Shown: positions 1-9,394, counted from the first letter of the stretch. The stretch: 64,000 bases of DNA from Candidatus Nomurabacteria bacterium (GCA_028286645.1 JAQBRF010000003.1:12323-76322), one strand, 5' to 3'. A program made the numbers and translations. Notes: generated from the letters alone by a model not told the origin.

Positions 1-223
1 TCCAAAAATTAGAAAAAACTTCACCGGGAGGAGCTGCGGTCTCTTGAGTTACCGCCGGGGCGCTCTCGCCAATATATGTTTCGTGCCAAAATCCATAATC
101 TGTATATAAAATAATTCCCGCGACAATTGCTGTAATTATCCCGGCAAAGATAAAAGCATGCATATGTTGCATATGCTTAGATTGTCGGCGGATATGTCGG
201 ACGTATTTAGTAAGGTAATTCAT
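1..223 (-). CDS. Partial CDS at the window edge (N-terminal part only); hypothetical small membrane protein
   Basis: Reverse-complement ATG at 221-223 opens a frame running off the window start. The translation MNYLTKYVRHIRRQ...AIVAGIILY has a hydrophobic helix. No strong RBS. Confidence 0.3.
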   Translation of the reverse strand, partial: MNYLTKYVRHIRRQSKHMQHMHAFIFAGIITAIVAGIILYTDYGFWHETYIGESAPAVTQETAAPPGEVFSNFW

Positions 224-279
224 TAAATTTAGTTTATCACCATAAGCTAAAACTTTTTATAGCCTGCAAAATGACAAAA

Positions 280-1875
280 TCAAAAACGAGGAGTTGTGGG
301 TGTTTTAACTTCAGTTGTGCTGATATTCATTTCCTTTAATTTACTCTTAGTAAACTTTCTCCATTCTGAAATAGGAACAACCGACAATATGTCCGCCAAT
401 TCCTCCTTTGTATAGAAATCTTCTAATTTCCTTAACGCATACACCATATCATTAAAATGAAAATAATTACTATACCCATAAAAATGTTCGAGGGCCCCTA
501 TAATTGTTTCTATGTTTTCATTGCATGAAAGATAAGCCACGACTTCTTCCTTTAAATGAAAGTCTTCTTTTATATATTGTAGGTTTTGTTCAAAAACTGC
601 CCTATTGATTGTTGCATGCCTTGCTTCGTGATTGATAATGTATGCTTCAATATTCTTTTTAGGCAAAGTAAAATACGGAATGTTCATTCCTTTGTATTGT
701 ACTTGACTTGCCGAAGATGGATAACCATGCGATACATCTTCATCAAAATGGTCTCCAAGAAAACCTGCGCTGTCATAATTTTCTCTATCATAAACTACAG
801 CTACCGCTCCTTTAACAAGGTAAAGATTGACATCTTGATCTAAAGATCCTTCTTCTTTCATATCTTCGATGTCAGAAATGAATTTTATCCCCCCGATAAT
901 ATTCTGTTGCAGGCGGTGGGCGCACATTATTATCCTTTCTGTATCATGAACTGTTAACCTTTCCACATCTTTTTTACCAGCCCTCAACAGAGTTTCTATT
1001 ATTAACTTTTCTATATCTTGAAATGGATCTCCAATAATACTATCTGAAATAGGCTTAATGAGTGCTGCTGCAAATTCAGTTTTTCGCACATAAAAAGTGT
1101 TTACCGTCTCATTTCTTTCTCTTAAGTATTCTCTGATAGAGAGTGTACCTTCAGGCACCAAATGTATACCTTGATTTAATAGGGCGGTAACGACATGATT
1201 TTCTTTATTATTATTGTCTTGACTCTCTCTTACTTCCGGAGCTTCAGGTGTTTCTATTTGTTCCATTTCTTCATTTTCAATGAAGTGCTTTGCTTTACCA
1301 ATATCTGAAAGACGTTCTAGTGCCTTATTATCTAAATCTACAGCTTCTACAAATGCTTCAGAATCTTTAGTTATTCCCACAGGATCCACAACGGCCCAGT
1401 TTAAAATTTTTCCATTATTTTCAGAGTCCTTGTCTGTATCTAATGAAACCAGTATATTGCCCAATAAATCACCATGAGCGATGCCTTCCTTATGAAGATT
1501 TTCTACAAATATTTTCACCTCACCTAAAAAAGATGGATTTCTTTCTAGAAGATCTTTCACATACCAACTTAGGGCAAAAATACTTTCATACCCGAGCAGC
1601 CTCTCTATGACCATAAATCTTTCTTTTTCATCTAGAAAAATTGGTGCTGCAACGTGTTCATTATCTATTAAATACATTTGCGAAAGAACTTCATATTCTT
1701 TACGTAGACTGTCAAACTTTTTATTCGCTATATATGGAGATGTGCGGAGACTGGCGAATTTTATAAAATCTCCCCTGTAATGAGCCAGGGCATCTAAAAT
1801 CTCTGCACGCTTTATTTCTACCCTGCCGTCAGCCCTTTCTATATTTGGTGGGGTCGTAGGAAAAGATTTATCCAT
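280..1875 (-). CDS. Kinase-like (APH/Kdo-kinase type HGDL..N motif) N-terminal region fused to a C-terminal region carrying an HExxH (HEARH) motif; hypothetical
   Basis: 531-aa ORF. 'GIAHGDLLGNILV...D' resembles the catalytic loop of small phosphotransferases. 'INHEARHAT' is an HExxH zinc-binding-like motif. No family assigned. Confidence 0.5.
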   Translation of the reverse strand: MDKSFPTTPPNIERADGRVEIKRAEILDALAHYRGDFIKFASLRTSPYIANKKFDSLRKEYEVLSQMYLIDNEHVAAPIFLDEKERFMVIERLLGYESIFALSWYVKDLLERNPSFLGEVKIFVENLHKEGIAHGDLLGNILVSLDTDKDSENNGKILNWAVVDPVGITKDSEAFVEAVDLDNKALERLSDIGKAKHFIENEEMEQIETPEAPEVRESQDNNNKENHVVTALLNQGIHLVPEGTLSIREYLRERNETVNTFYVRKTEFAAALIKPISDSIIGDPFQDIEKLIIETLLRAGKKDVERLTVHDTERIIMCAHRLQQNIIGGIKFISDIEDMKEEGSLDQDVNLYLVKGAVAVVYDRENYDSAGFLGDHFDEDVSHGYPSSASQVQYKGMNIPYFTLPKKNIEAYIINHEARHATINRAVFEQNLQYIKEDFHLKEEVVAYLSCNENIETIIGALEHFYGYSNYFHFNDMVYALRKLEDFYTKEELADILSVVPISEWRKFTKSKLKEMNISTTEVKTPTTPRF

Positions 1876-2068
1876 ATTCGGAGTATACCAACTAAATTTA
1901 TTATTTATTGATATTCACAACTTACAGTGCTTCACTTTTCTAAAATTAGTAAAACCCCAGTAAATCTATACGTAATTGCGCAATCAGCCAATAAGGGCCA
2001 ATCTTTTATGATTATCCATATATGTAAATCATATACAAAAAACCGGCATACCTAGAAATGTTTTCATA

Positions 2069-2704
2069 TTACATTTCGTGGAAGAGAACTATTTCTCCTA
2101 GTTTCCCTTCAATATCCTTTCTCTTAATCGTAAGCTTTTCTACTGGATCAGTTTTTTCCATTCCTGCTTCTTTCAAGAAAATAGGGAGAGACTGTTCGTC
2201 GTAATCCATCGGGATGATGAGCTTAGGTTCAAGAGAAACTGCAAGCTTATGAGAATCATATGGATTAAGTAAAAATGAATCACTTCCTACTGGAATGAAA
2301 AGAACATCAGTTTCATCTATAACTTCTTTATGTTCTGCTTCCAACATATGAGACAAGGCTCCTAAAAATGTAATTCGGATACCATCTAATGTAAGTACAT
2401 AACTAGTATTTTGATATTCTTTTTCTACCTTTCCTTCTTTTAACTTTGTAGTAGTTCCAAATCCTTTTATAAAAATATCTTTTACTTCGTATTCCCCCGG
2501 ACCTCGCACGACGAAAGGAACCTTTTCTCCATGCTCTGTTTGTTCAGCGCCGCTGTAATCTGGATGATTCGTGGTGATTAAAGTGATGTCAGCTCCATAC
2601 TTTGCAACTTTCCCTTTTCCATCTTTCGATACTGGATTGACGGCTACAGTCAAATCTCCGACAGATAGTTTAAAATGTTCGCGGCCAAAGTAAGTAATAA
2701 TCAT
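2069..2704 (-). CDS. MBL-fold metal-dependent hydrolase
   Basis: After trimming to the internal Met, the protein starts MIITYFGREHFKL, as in the UlaG/YtnP-like MBL family. It has an HPDYSG-type metal motif and runs to the end of the ORF. Confidence 0.65.
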   Translation of the reverse strand: MIITYFGREHFKLSVGDLTVAVNPVSKDGKGKVAKYGADITLITTNHPDYSGAEQTEHGEKVPFVVRGPGEYEVKDIFIKGFGTTTKLKEGKVEKEYQNTSYVLTLDGIRITFLGALSHMLEAEHKEVIDETDVLFIPVGSDSFLLNPYDSHKLAVSLEPKLIIPMDYDEQSLPIFLKEAGMEKTDPVEKLTIKRKDIEGKLGEIVLFHEM

Positions 2705-2791
2705 ACGAAATAAGTAATAGTAATAATTCGTCCATATTAACATGTGAGACTCACTTTTTAAACATTTTAATTTTAGGTAAGCTTAATTTAC

Positions 2792-2823
2792 TTGACAAAG
2801 TTGGATAAGTATGTAAGTATAAA
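2792..2823 (+). promoter_or_regulatory. Putative sigma70-like promoter for orn
   Basis: TTGACA at 2792-2797, a 16-17 nt spacer, then AAGTAT/TATAAA. A GGAGGG RBS lies 7 nt before the GTG start at 2855. Confidence 0.3.
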
Positions 2824-2854
2824 ATAAATTGCTCATCACAAACCGGAGGGAATC

Positions 2855-3535
2855 GTGGGAAAAGATAACATAATATGGCTTCCTGGAAGCCGTAAAAAAG
2901 CTGGCGAGGAACCTTCCGTCGAAGAAAAGAAGCCCGCGCCTAAGGTAATCGTGCCCGAAATCGTATCCCGCTTCAAAAAAGACCCAAACGCTCGTGTGGG
3001 ACTGGATATGGAGATGAGCGGCCTCACCAGAGAAGACGAGCGCATCTTTGAGGTCGCGTTCGTCATCGCCGACCGTTACTGGAATATCTTCGAGAAGGGT
3101 CCCCACATCGTTATCTACCAAAATCCCGAGGTGTGGCGTATTGCGCTGGCCAATCCCTTTATCGATGGGCATTTCATCGCCAATGGCCTACTTGATGAGT
3201 CGAGAAACTCGACCCACACCGAAGGCACCGCCGAGACGATCTTCCTGGAATGGCTCAACCAAGTAAGTGTGCCTGGGAAGCCGCTTTATGGAAACAGCGT
3301 TCACGTCGACCGGCAGTATTTGAAAAAGTACATGCCGCGAGTAGACGCCTTCTTCTCGCATAGGACTCGCGACTTCAGCGAGAGATATGAAGATTTCCAG
3401 GAACGCTACCCTGAAGATGCTAAAAAACTTCCCCGATTCGACGATGAAGGGGCGAGTCATCGGGCGCCAGCGGATGCAATGAAAACCCTCAAGCAGATCG
3501 GCTGGTTAAAACGATACAGGCCGAGCCAGGCATGA
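2855..3535 (+). CDS. orn: Oligoribonuclease (3'-5' exoribonuclease, DEDDh)
   Basis: GLDMEMSGL, NSVHVDRQYL and SHRAPADAMK align with Orn motifs (LEMTGL, GNSIxQDRRFL, H..DD). It has a GTG start with an RBS, and GC content (~55%) far above the neighbouring genes. Confidence 0.8.
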   Translation: MGKDNIIWLPGSRKKAGEEPSVEEKKPAPKVIVPEIVSRFKKDPNARVGLDMEMSGLTREDERIFEVAFVIADRYWNIFEKGPHIVIYQNPEVWRIALANPFIDGHFIANGLLDESRNSTHTEGTAETIFLEWLNQVSVPGKPLYGNSVHVDRQYLKKYMPRVDAFFSHRTRDFSERYEDFQERYPEDAKKLPRFDDEGASHRAPADAMKTLKQIGWLKRYRPSQA

Positions 3536-3584
3536 AGAACTCTCGCGGAAAAAACAGAGGGAAGAAATAATGAACCCTCTTGCG

Positions 3585-3620
3585 CGCCGCAGCCCACCCC
3601 GGGCTTGCGGCGTTTTTTTA
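3585..3620 (+). terminator. Rho-independent terminator after orn
   Basis: The stem cgccgcagccc/gggcttgcggcg has a 5-nt loop and is followed by a T7 run. Confidence 0.7.
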
Positions 3621-3730
3621 TTCTGTAATGAGATTTCAAAAGTATATGGTCTCCGATTCATTGCATAATAAAGAGAAGTGATGTAGTATTCTTATATTCT
3701 TTAAAAGAAGCCGTTCTGGCGTAATCCTCT

Positions 3731-3803
3731 GATTTGCGAAGTCAAAAGAAATCAGAAGCACCAGACCGATGTGGAATCCCCACTTCGTGTGGGAATTTTT
3801 TAT
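3731..3803 (+). promoter_or_regulatory. Two tandem hairpins in the rpsA leader region (CTGATTT..AAATCAG; AATCCCCAC..GTGGGAATT followed by a T-run)
   Basis: A perfect 7-bp inverted repeat is followed by a second 9-bp hairpin and TTTTTTA, about 60 nt upstream of the S1 gene start. Confidence 0.3.
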
Positions 3804-3859
3804 GTAGATATTGCAATTGGCACTAGCTGCTAACGACCAATAACTATTAACTATAATAT

Positions 3860-4930
3860 ATGACAAACGCAGAAGAAGTAGCACCGTATGCTGAAGGTGC
3901 AGTGTTTCTAAAAGAGGAAGACATCGTAGAAGGTGTCGTAGTAGCGATCGAAAAGACCGCACTTTATGTAGACTTAGGCGAAAGCCGTACTGGTATTATT
4001 TACGGTATAGAATTTATGAATGCGCGTGATGTTATCAAGCGCATAAATATAGGAGATTCGATTTCAGCAAAAGTCGTTCTTCGTGAAAATGAAGAAGGAT
4101 ATGTAGAACTTTCACTTAAGGAAGCAAGACAAGCTCTTATGTGGAATGATGCAGAAGCTGCAATTAAGGAAAAGCGAGTTATGGACTTAGTGGTAAAGGA
4201 TGCAAACAAAGGAGGACTCATCATCGAATGGCAAGGTATGGCAGGATTCCTTCCAGCGTCCCAGCTTAAAGAAGAAAATTATCCTCGCATAGAAGACGGC
4301 GATAAAGATAAAATATTAAGAGAACTTAAGAAGCTTATCGGCAAGAGAATTTCTGTAAGCATTATTTCAGCTATTCCAAAAGAAGGTAAGCTTATCTTCT
4401 CTGAAAAAGATAGCGGTGAAAAAGAAACCAAGGAAATAGTTATGGGCAACTACATCGTAGGCGAGGAAGTAGAAGGAACCGTAACAGGAGTTGTTGATTT
4501 CGGAATCTTCGTGAAGCTTTCTGATGGCGTAGAAGGACTGGTGCACAAGAGCGAGATTGATTGGGGGCTTGTAGAAGATACAAGATCACACGCTAAAGTG
4601 GGAGACAAAGTTCATGCAAAGATCATCGAAGTGAAAGACGGAAAGATATCACTATCACTAAAAGCTCTTAAAGAAAATCCATGGAAAGAAGCCGCGAAGA
4701 AATATAAGAAAGGAGATGAAGTAGACGGAGTGGTTATTAAATTTAATAAGCACGGAGCGCTTGTCTCTATAGAAGAAGGAGTGGCTGGGCTCGTCCATGT
4801 ATCTGATTTCGGAGATGAAGAGAACTTAAGGAAGACTTTGACTCTCGGAAAAATTTACAAGTTTACTATCACCCTCTTTGATCCGAATGAAGAAAGAATG
4901 ACGCTGACATACGGAGACAAGAAGGAATAA
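3860..4930 (+). CDS. rpsA: 30S ribosomal protein S1 (short, 4 S1 domains)
   Basis: Repeated S1-domain signatures are present: GFLPASQL, EGLVHKSEIDWG and GLVHVSDF. The protein is 356 aa. Confidence 0.8.
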   Translation: MTNAEEVAPYAEGAVFLKEEDIVEGVVVAIEKTALYVDLGESRTGIIYGIEFMNARDVIKRINIGDSISAKVVLRENEEGYVELSLKEARQALMWNDAEAAIKEKRVMDLVVKDANKGGLIIEWQGMAGFLPASQLKEENYPRIEDGDKDKILRELKKLIGKRISVSIISAIPKEGKLIFSEKDSGEKETKEIVMGNYIVGEEVEGTVTGVVDFGIFVKLSDGVEGLVHKSEIDWGLVEDTRSHAKVGDKVHAKIIEVKDGKISLSLKALKENPWKEAAKKYKKGDEVDGVVIKFNKHGALVSIEEGVAGLVHVSDFGDEENLRKTLTLGKIYKFTITLFDPNEERMTLTYGDKKE

Positions 4931-4969
4931 GAATAGTTTTCGGTTTACAGTTATTAGTTTTTAGATATA

Positions 4970-4999
4970 AGAAAGCCCCGTTTTATACGGGGTCTTTTC
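4970..4999. terminator. Bidirectional terminator between rpsA and the convergent gene
   Basis: The gccccg/cgggg stem has a 7-nt loop, an A-run on the 5' side and a T-run on the 3' side. Confidence 0.6.
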
Positions 5000-5014
5000 G
5001 GGTCGGTTGTTGGC

Positions 5015-5245
5015 TCAGGCATTTACTTCCCTCCTTGTGCCGATCTTGTATTCTTTGTCTCCGTGCTGAATCGAGCTGTGAGCTAAGATGTCCTGGTCGT
5101 TTGCTTCGGCGAGGTAAAAATCCGTCTCCGCCAATCTCAACGGCAATTTGAGAACAGTGTCGAACTTCAATGCGTTCTCCGCCGCCTCTTGTATATAACG
5201 TGCGATTTCCATAATTTCCTCGGTTGAGTGATGGTACTTTATCAT
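5015..5245 (-). CDS. Hypothetical protein (77 aa from the internal Met)
   Basis: The ORF has moderately elevated GC and no confident family assignment. Confidence 0.35.
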   Translation of the reverse strand: MIKYHHSTEEIMEIARYIQEAAENALKFDTVLKLPLRLAETDFYLAEANDQDILAHSSIQHGDKEYKIGTRREVNA

Positions 5246-5258
5246 TGTAGCATATATA

Positions 5259-6119
5259 TTATTGTTTGTCAACTCCTTCCATATAATGAATTTTACTGAA
5301 GAATTCTCCAATGGCAATATCAGCAAACATTAAGTCTGAGGCTTCTCGCCTGTCGGAATCCTCTCCAATTTCTATTTCTCTTGCTTTCCCAAAGTCTATT
5401 AAAAACCAATTCCCACCTTGGTCCACCATAAAATTTCTAGTAAATACATCACGATGAACAATCTTCTTTTCCTTGTGCATACGAGTAAGAAATGCCCTTA
5501 TTTTTCTTTTTACCTCCTCTTTGTCGAGTTTTTTCACAATTTCAAGAATAGTAGCAAACTTAGGATCCAGCGGATCAATCGCCATTTCTTCAAGAGTGTA
5601 GCCATGAATTCTTTCCATTCCAAAGTAGACTCTATTTTCAGAGGCTGTATAAAAATAGCTGTCTGGCACTCTAATAGATTCAACAACAAAACCTGTCATT
5701 TCTTCAAGTAATGCAGATTCCTCTCTAAAGGTGTTCCCATGCTTTTTCCTTTGATCCTCATCTACTAGATATTTTACGCATATTCGAGAGGAATATGGCA
5801 TTTCGTATACTTCCCCAACGGTTCCTTTCCCCACCCGATAATCAGTATCTCCAAATGTATTTTCAATAATTCCAGCCACATCAGTTACTTCCTTTTTTAT
5901 CTCTGGATCTTTTATGTTACTAATCCTTGTAAAAGTTTTAGCCTTTACTCGAGACCGGTTCTCTAACACGTCTTCCATTATTCTTATAGCTTCTTCAAGT
6001 TCTAGGTTTTCAACTTTTTCTCGCCATAACTTTTGAAGTTCAGGAGGCAAAGAAATCAATAACCTTTCTAGATCATCTTCATCTAATTCTTTTTTCTCGA
6101 AGCTTTTTCTTTCATCCAT
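5259..6119 (-). CDS. Minimal eukaryotic-like protein kinase (RIO/Kdo-kinase-sized)
   Basis: Gly-rich loop VGKGTVGEVYE, ICVKY (VAIK-like), catalytic IVHRDVFTRNFMV (HRD..N) and IDFG (DFG). The C-lobe is short. Confidence 0.6.
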   Translation of the reverse strand: MDERKSFEKKELDEDDLERLLISLPPELQKLWREKVENLELEEAIRIMEDVLENRSRVKAKTFTRISNIKDPEIKKEVTDVAGIIENTFGDTDYRVGKGTVGEVYEMPYSSRICVKYLVDEDQRKKHGNTFREESALLEEMTGFVVESIRVPDSYFYTASENRVYFGMERIHGYTLEEMAIDPLDPKFATILEIVKKLDKEEVKRKIRAFLTRMHKEKKIVHRDVFTRNFMVDQGGNWFLIDFGKAREIEIGEDSDRREASDLMFADIAIGEFFSKIHYMEGVDKQ

Positions 6120-6122
6120 AAA

Positions 6123-6659
6123 TTATTTTCCATTAAATTTCTCCATCGCTTTTTGGTAACCATCAGCCACAATAGCTTTTATCGCCTCCAATACTTTAGG
6201 AGAAATTTCTTTTATGGTGTTTTCTTCTCCATCAGTAACTTTTCCTAACACATAATCCTGCACTTCTTCACCATGAGGCGGGATTTTCTCTTTACCATCA
6301 GTATCTGCGGGAGCAATTCCGATGCGGATACGAGTAAAATCTTTCTTGCCTAAATACTCTATGATGCTTTTCAGTCCATTATGCCCCCCATCTCCCCGAT
6401 CATGAGATATTCTAAACGTTCCATAAGGCAAATCTTTATCATCATACATAACAATCACCTGTCTTCCTTCGTTATAACGCAGGTAACGTGATACATCTTT
6501 CCCGCTTTCGTTCATAAAAGTAACAGGCACAAATAATTCTAAGGAAGAAACAGATTCTAATTCATCTTTTATCATTTTCACAAGAATGCGTGCGATGTTA
6601 TGCCGTGTTCTTTCGTATTTAGTGCCAGGATTTCCGAGCGGGACAAGCGTATATATCAT
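6123..6659 (-). CDS. pth: Peptidyl-tRNA hydrolase
   Basis: LGNPGTKYERTRHN and GGHNGLKSI are Pth signature regions. Confidence 0.85.
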   Translation of the reverse strand: MIYTLVPLGNPGTKYERTRHNIARILVKMIKDELESVSSLELFVPVTFMNESGKDVSRYLRYNEGRQVIVMYDDKDLPYGTFRISHDRGDGGHNGLKSIIEYLGKKDFTRIRIGIAPADTDGKEKIPPHGEEVQDYVLGKVTDGEENTIKEISPKVLEAIKAIVADGYQKAMEKFNGK

Positions 6660-6755
6660 TTTGACAGTATATCAAATGGGCCCGATTTATGATTTAAAAA
6701 TTAAGAATTAAGAATTTATATGAGTTAGCCTATTCATAAATCCTAAATCATAATC

Positions 6756-7538
6756 ATGAGTCATCCAATTGTTGCATTGCAACAATTGGATATGTATACT
6801 GCGCTCATAATGATGTCTTCAGTAACTGATTCAATTCTAACTTCTATCTCAGATATATCTCAAAACCCAGTTTCAGTATTAATATTTTTTGTTCTCGCAT
6901 TACTTGTCCTCTCGCTTATTTTGGCAATGATTTTCCCATCATGGAGAAAAGGATTGGTTGCTGTAAAGATTTTAGAAAAAGATGAAAGGCCCTCTTCCCT
7001 TTTAAGCTGGGTAATTGGAATTATTTTAATAGTCGAATGTATTCACGCGTTTATACTGCAGCCTTTTATAGTAGATGGAGGGAGCATGATTCCGACATAT
7101 GAAACTGGCCAGTTCTTATTGGTAGATAAATTATCATATTTAGTAGGGAAGCCCCACAGAGGTGACGTCATGATATTTAAGCTTTATGAGGATAAAGCAA
7201 ACCCTTATCAAGGAAAGCATTTGATTAAAAGAGTGATCGGACTTCCTGGGGAAAGAGTGGTAGTAAAAGGAGGAGTTACAACTATTTACAATAAAGATAA
7301 CCCCAACGGATTTGTATTAGATGAATCATATGTTCTTTATAAAGACTTGACCAAGAATGTCGATGTGCAGCTAGATGATCACCATTACTTTATGATGGGA
7401 GATAATCGAGCGCAAAGTTATGATTCAAGAGAATGGGGACCGCTTGATGAAAAAGACATCAAAGGCCAAGCATTACTCCGCGTGTATCCACTATCAGCAT
7501 TTTCTTATGAACCAGGACAGGTTAAGTACAGCAAATAA
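6756..7538 (+). CDS. lepB: Signal peptidase I
   Basis: TM helix, then GGSMIPTY (SM box), GDVMIF, KRVIGLPGE and GDNRAQSYDSREWG. Confidence 0.85.
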   Translation: MSHPIVALQQLDMYTALIMMSSVTDSILTSISDISQNPVSVLIFFVLALLVLSLILAMIFPSWRKGLVAVKILEKDERPSSLLSWVIGIILIVECIHAFILQPFIVDGGSMIPTYETGQFLLVDKLSYLVGKPHRGDVMIFKLYEDKANPYQGKHLIKRVIGLPGERVVVKGGVTTIYNKDNPNGFVLDESYVLYKDLTKNVDVQLDDHHYFMMGDNRAQSYDSREWGPLDEKDIKGQALLRVYPLSAFSYEPGQVKYSK

Positions 7539-7541
7539 TTT

Positions 7542-8849
7542 ATGAGCGAAGAAATAAAAAAAGAAAAGAAAGAACTTCCTATATCTTTAAAAGGAATGAA
7601 CGATATTATTGACGAAGATTATTACGCTTATCAAGGCTTATTTGAAAAAGCTCAAGAAGTTGCTGTGTATTATGGATTTAAGCCAATAGAAACGCCGGTT
7701 CTTGAAAGAGAAGAAGTATTTCTTAAAACTCTTGGAGAGGAAAGCGATGTAGTTGAAAAGGAAATATATGCCTTTAGAACAAAAGGAGGAGATCGCGTAG
7801 CACTCCGTCCTGAATATACAGCATCTATCATGAGAGCCTATCATGAGCACGGCATGAATAATCTCCCTCAGCCCGTACTTCTTTATTCATACGGACCAGT
7901 ATTTCGCCATGATAATCCGCAGAAAGGACGCTTGAGACAATTCAGACAATTTAATTTGGAAATTCTTGGCACCACGCAATCCATTGCAGACGCCCTCATT
8001 ATCCGCACGCTTACCACGATTCTCGAAGAGTTCGGGTTTAAAGATCTTATTATTGATATTAATTCAATAGGCGATAAAGACACGCGTGCGGTATTTATAA
8101 AAGACCTGACTACATATTATAAGAAACATATCAGTGAAATCTGCAAAGACTGCCAGGAAAGATTAAAGACTAATCCGATGAAGCTGCTTGATTGCAAACA
8201 TCCGGAATGTCAGCCATTTAAAGAAGGGGCCCCATCATCCATCTCATATCTTTCAAACGACGCTCGCCACCACTTCAAGGAAGTGCTTCAATATCTAGAA
8301 GAAATGGGAATACAGTATCGAGTGAACAATACCCTCGTTCGAGGATTTGATTATTACAACAGGACTGTGTTTGAAGTGATAAAAGTAGATACAGACGAAA
8401 ACGGAAAGGAGCGTGAAATTACCATCACCGCAGGCGGACGATATGATCCATTGGCGAAAATAATGGGCGGTAAGAAAGATGTCCCGGCAGTCGGTACTGG
8501 TTTAGGAATGGAGCGCATCATGATGTTCCCTGAATGCAAGAAAATCATGCCGAGAATTATAAAAGCTCCGAAAGTATATTTTATCCAGCTTGGATTTGAT
8601 GCGAAGCTAAAGAGTTTATGCGTTATAGAAGTTTTAAGAAAGGCACACATTCCTGTTCATCAGTCTATTTCGAAAGACTCTCTCGGCTCCCAGTTAGCTA
8701 TGGCGGAAAAAATGGAAATCCCCTATTGCATAATCTTTGGACAAAAAGAAGCTATGGATAACACAGTAATAGTGCGCCACATGGAAACGAGATCACAAGA
8801 TACGGTGAAGATTGATGCTTTGTCAGACTACATCAAACATTTGAAATAG
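7542..8849 (+). CDS. hisS: Histidine--tRNA ligase
   Basis: Class II aaRS motifs and HisRS-specific blocks (RYDPLAKIMGG...GTGLGMERI), followed by a C-terminal anticodon-binding domain. Confidence 0.9.
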   Translation: MSEEIKKEKKELPISLKGMNDIIDEDYYAYQGLFEKAQEVAVYYGFKPIETPVLEREEVFLKTLGEESDVVEKEIYAFRTKGGDRVALRPEYTASIMRAYHEHGMNNLPQPVLLYSYGPVFRHDNPQKGRLRQFRQFNLEILGTTQSIADALIIRTLTTILEEFGFKDLIIDINSIGDKDTRAVFIKDLTTYYKKHISEICKDCQERLKTNPMKLLDCKHPECQPFKEGAPSSISYLSNDARHHFKEVLQYLEEMGIQYRVNNTLVRGFDYYNRTVFEVIKVDTDENGKEREITITAGGRYDPLAKIMGGKKDVPAVGTGLGMERIMMFPECKKIMPRIIKAPKVYFIQLGFDAKLKSLCVIEVLRKAHIPVHQSISKDSLGSQLAMAEKMEIPYCIIFGQKEAMDNTVIVRHMETRSQDTVKIDALSDYIKHLK

Positions 8850-9000
8850 CGTGTAGATGGTAGCGTTTAGCGTGCAGGAGGAAAGAGGCATAAAATTCGA
8901 CAATCTAAGTAATATCTTCTAGTATGAAAATTGTGACACCCTCGTGTTCACCTTGTCAGATAGATTCTGATAAGCCACTCTCTTGATGGGAGATGCGACA

Positions 9001-9384
9001 ATGACCTGGACTCATGTTCCTGACTTTCTGGATTTTGCTCTTTTCAAAGTCTGGCCGGCACTCGAAGCTGGCCAGATACCAAGCCCTAGATGGATTGAGC
9101 ACGAGCAAGCTTCTTTGCGGATAGAAGCATACGATGCAAAGTGGCCTCCACTCCTCCAGATACTCCAAGGTAAGAAGCTTCATGGTTTCAGACATAAAGG
9201 ACAATACAGGGTCTCCTTACCAGAGCTGGCTCAGGTGGTCTCTTTCGAGACCCGAGATAAGGATAAATTCGATGTTGTACTCGAAAGATGGGTGAGTGAG
9301 TGGACGCTTTTTAGGATTGATTTGGTCAAAGACTGGGGCCATACCGTAACCAACGGAGAATTGAAGGCTCAGACCTTCTATTAA
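9001..9384 (+). CDS. Hypothetical protein (GC-elevated island)
   Basis: A GGGAG RBS lies 8 nt upstream of the ATG at 9001. The gene is followed by its own terminator. There is no recognisable family. Confidence 0.45.
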   Translation: MTWTHVPDFLDFALFKVWPALEAGQIPSPRWIEHEQASLRIEAYDAKWPPLLQILQGKKLHGFRHKGQYRVSLPELAQVVSFETRDKDKFDVVLERWVSEWTLFRIDLVKDWGHTVTNGELKAQTFY

Positions 9385-9394
9385 TTCCGATTAA

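Noticed and set aside
586-1477. Plus-strand ORFs 586-843 and 1280-1477
   Set aside because: They are antisense and internal to the 531-aa kinase-like gene, with no RBS and low-complexity translations.
2783-3460. Minus-strand ORFs overlapping orn (2783-3172, 2836-3066, 3188-3460) and the plus-strand ORF 3048-3266
   Set aside because: The GC-rich orn sequence yields spurious long frames. Orn identity on the plus strand is unambiguous.
3636-3962. 108-aa minus-strand ORF spanning the rpsA start
   Set aside because: It overlaps the S1 start and the leader hairpins. It has no RBS and a hydrophobic, low-complexity translation.
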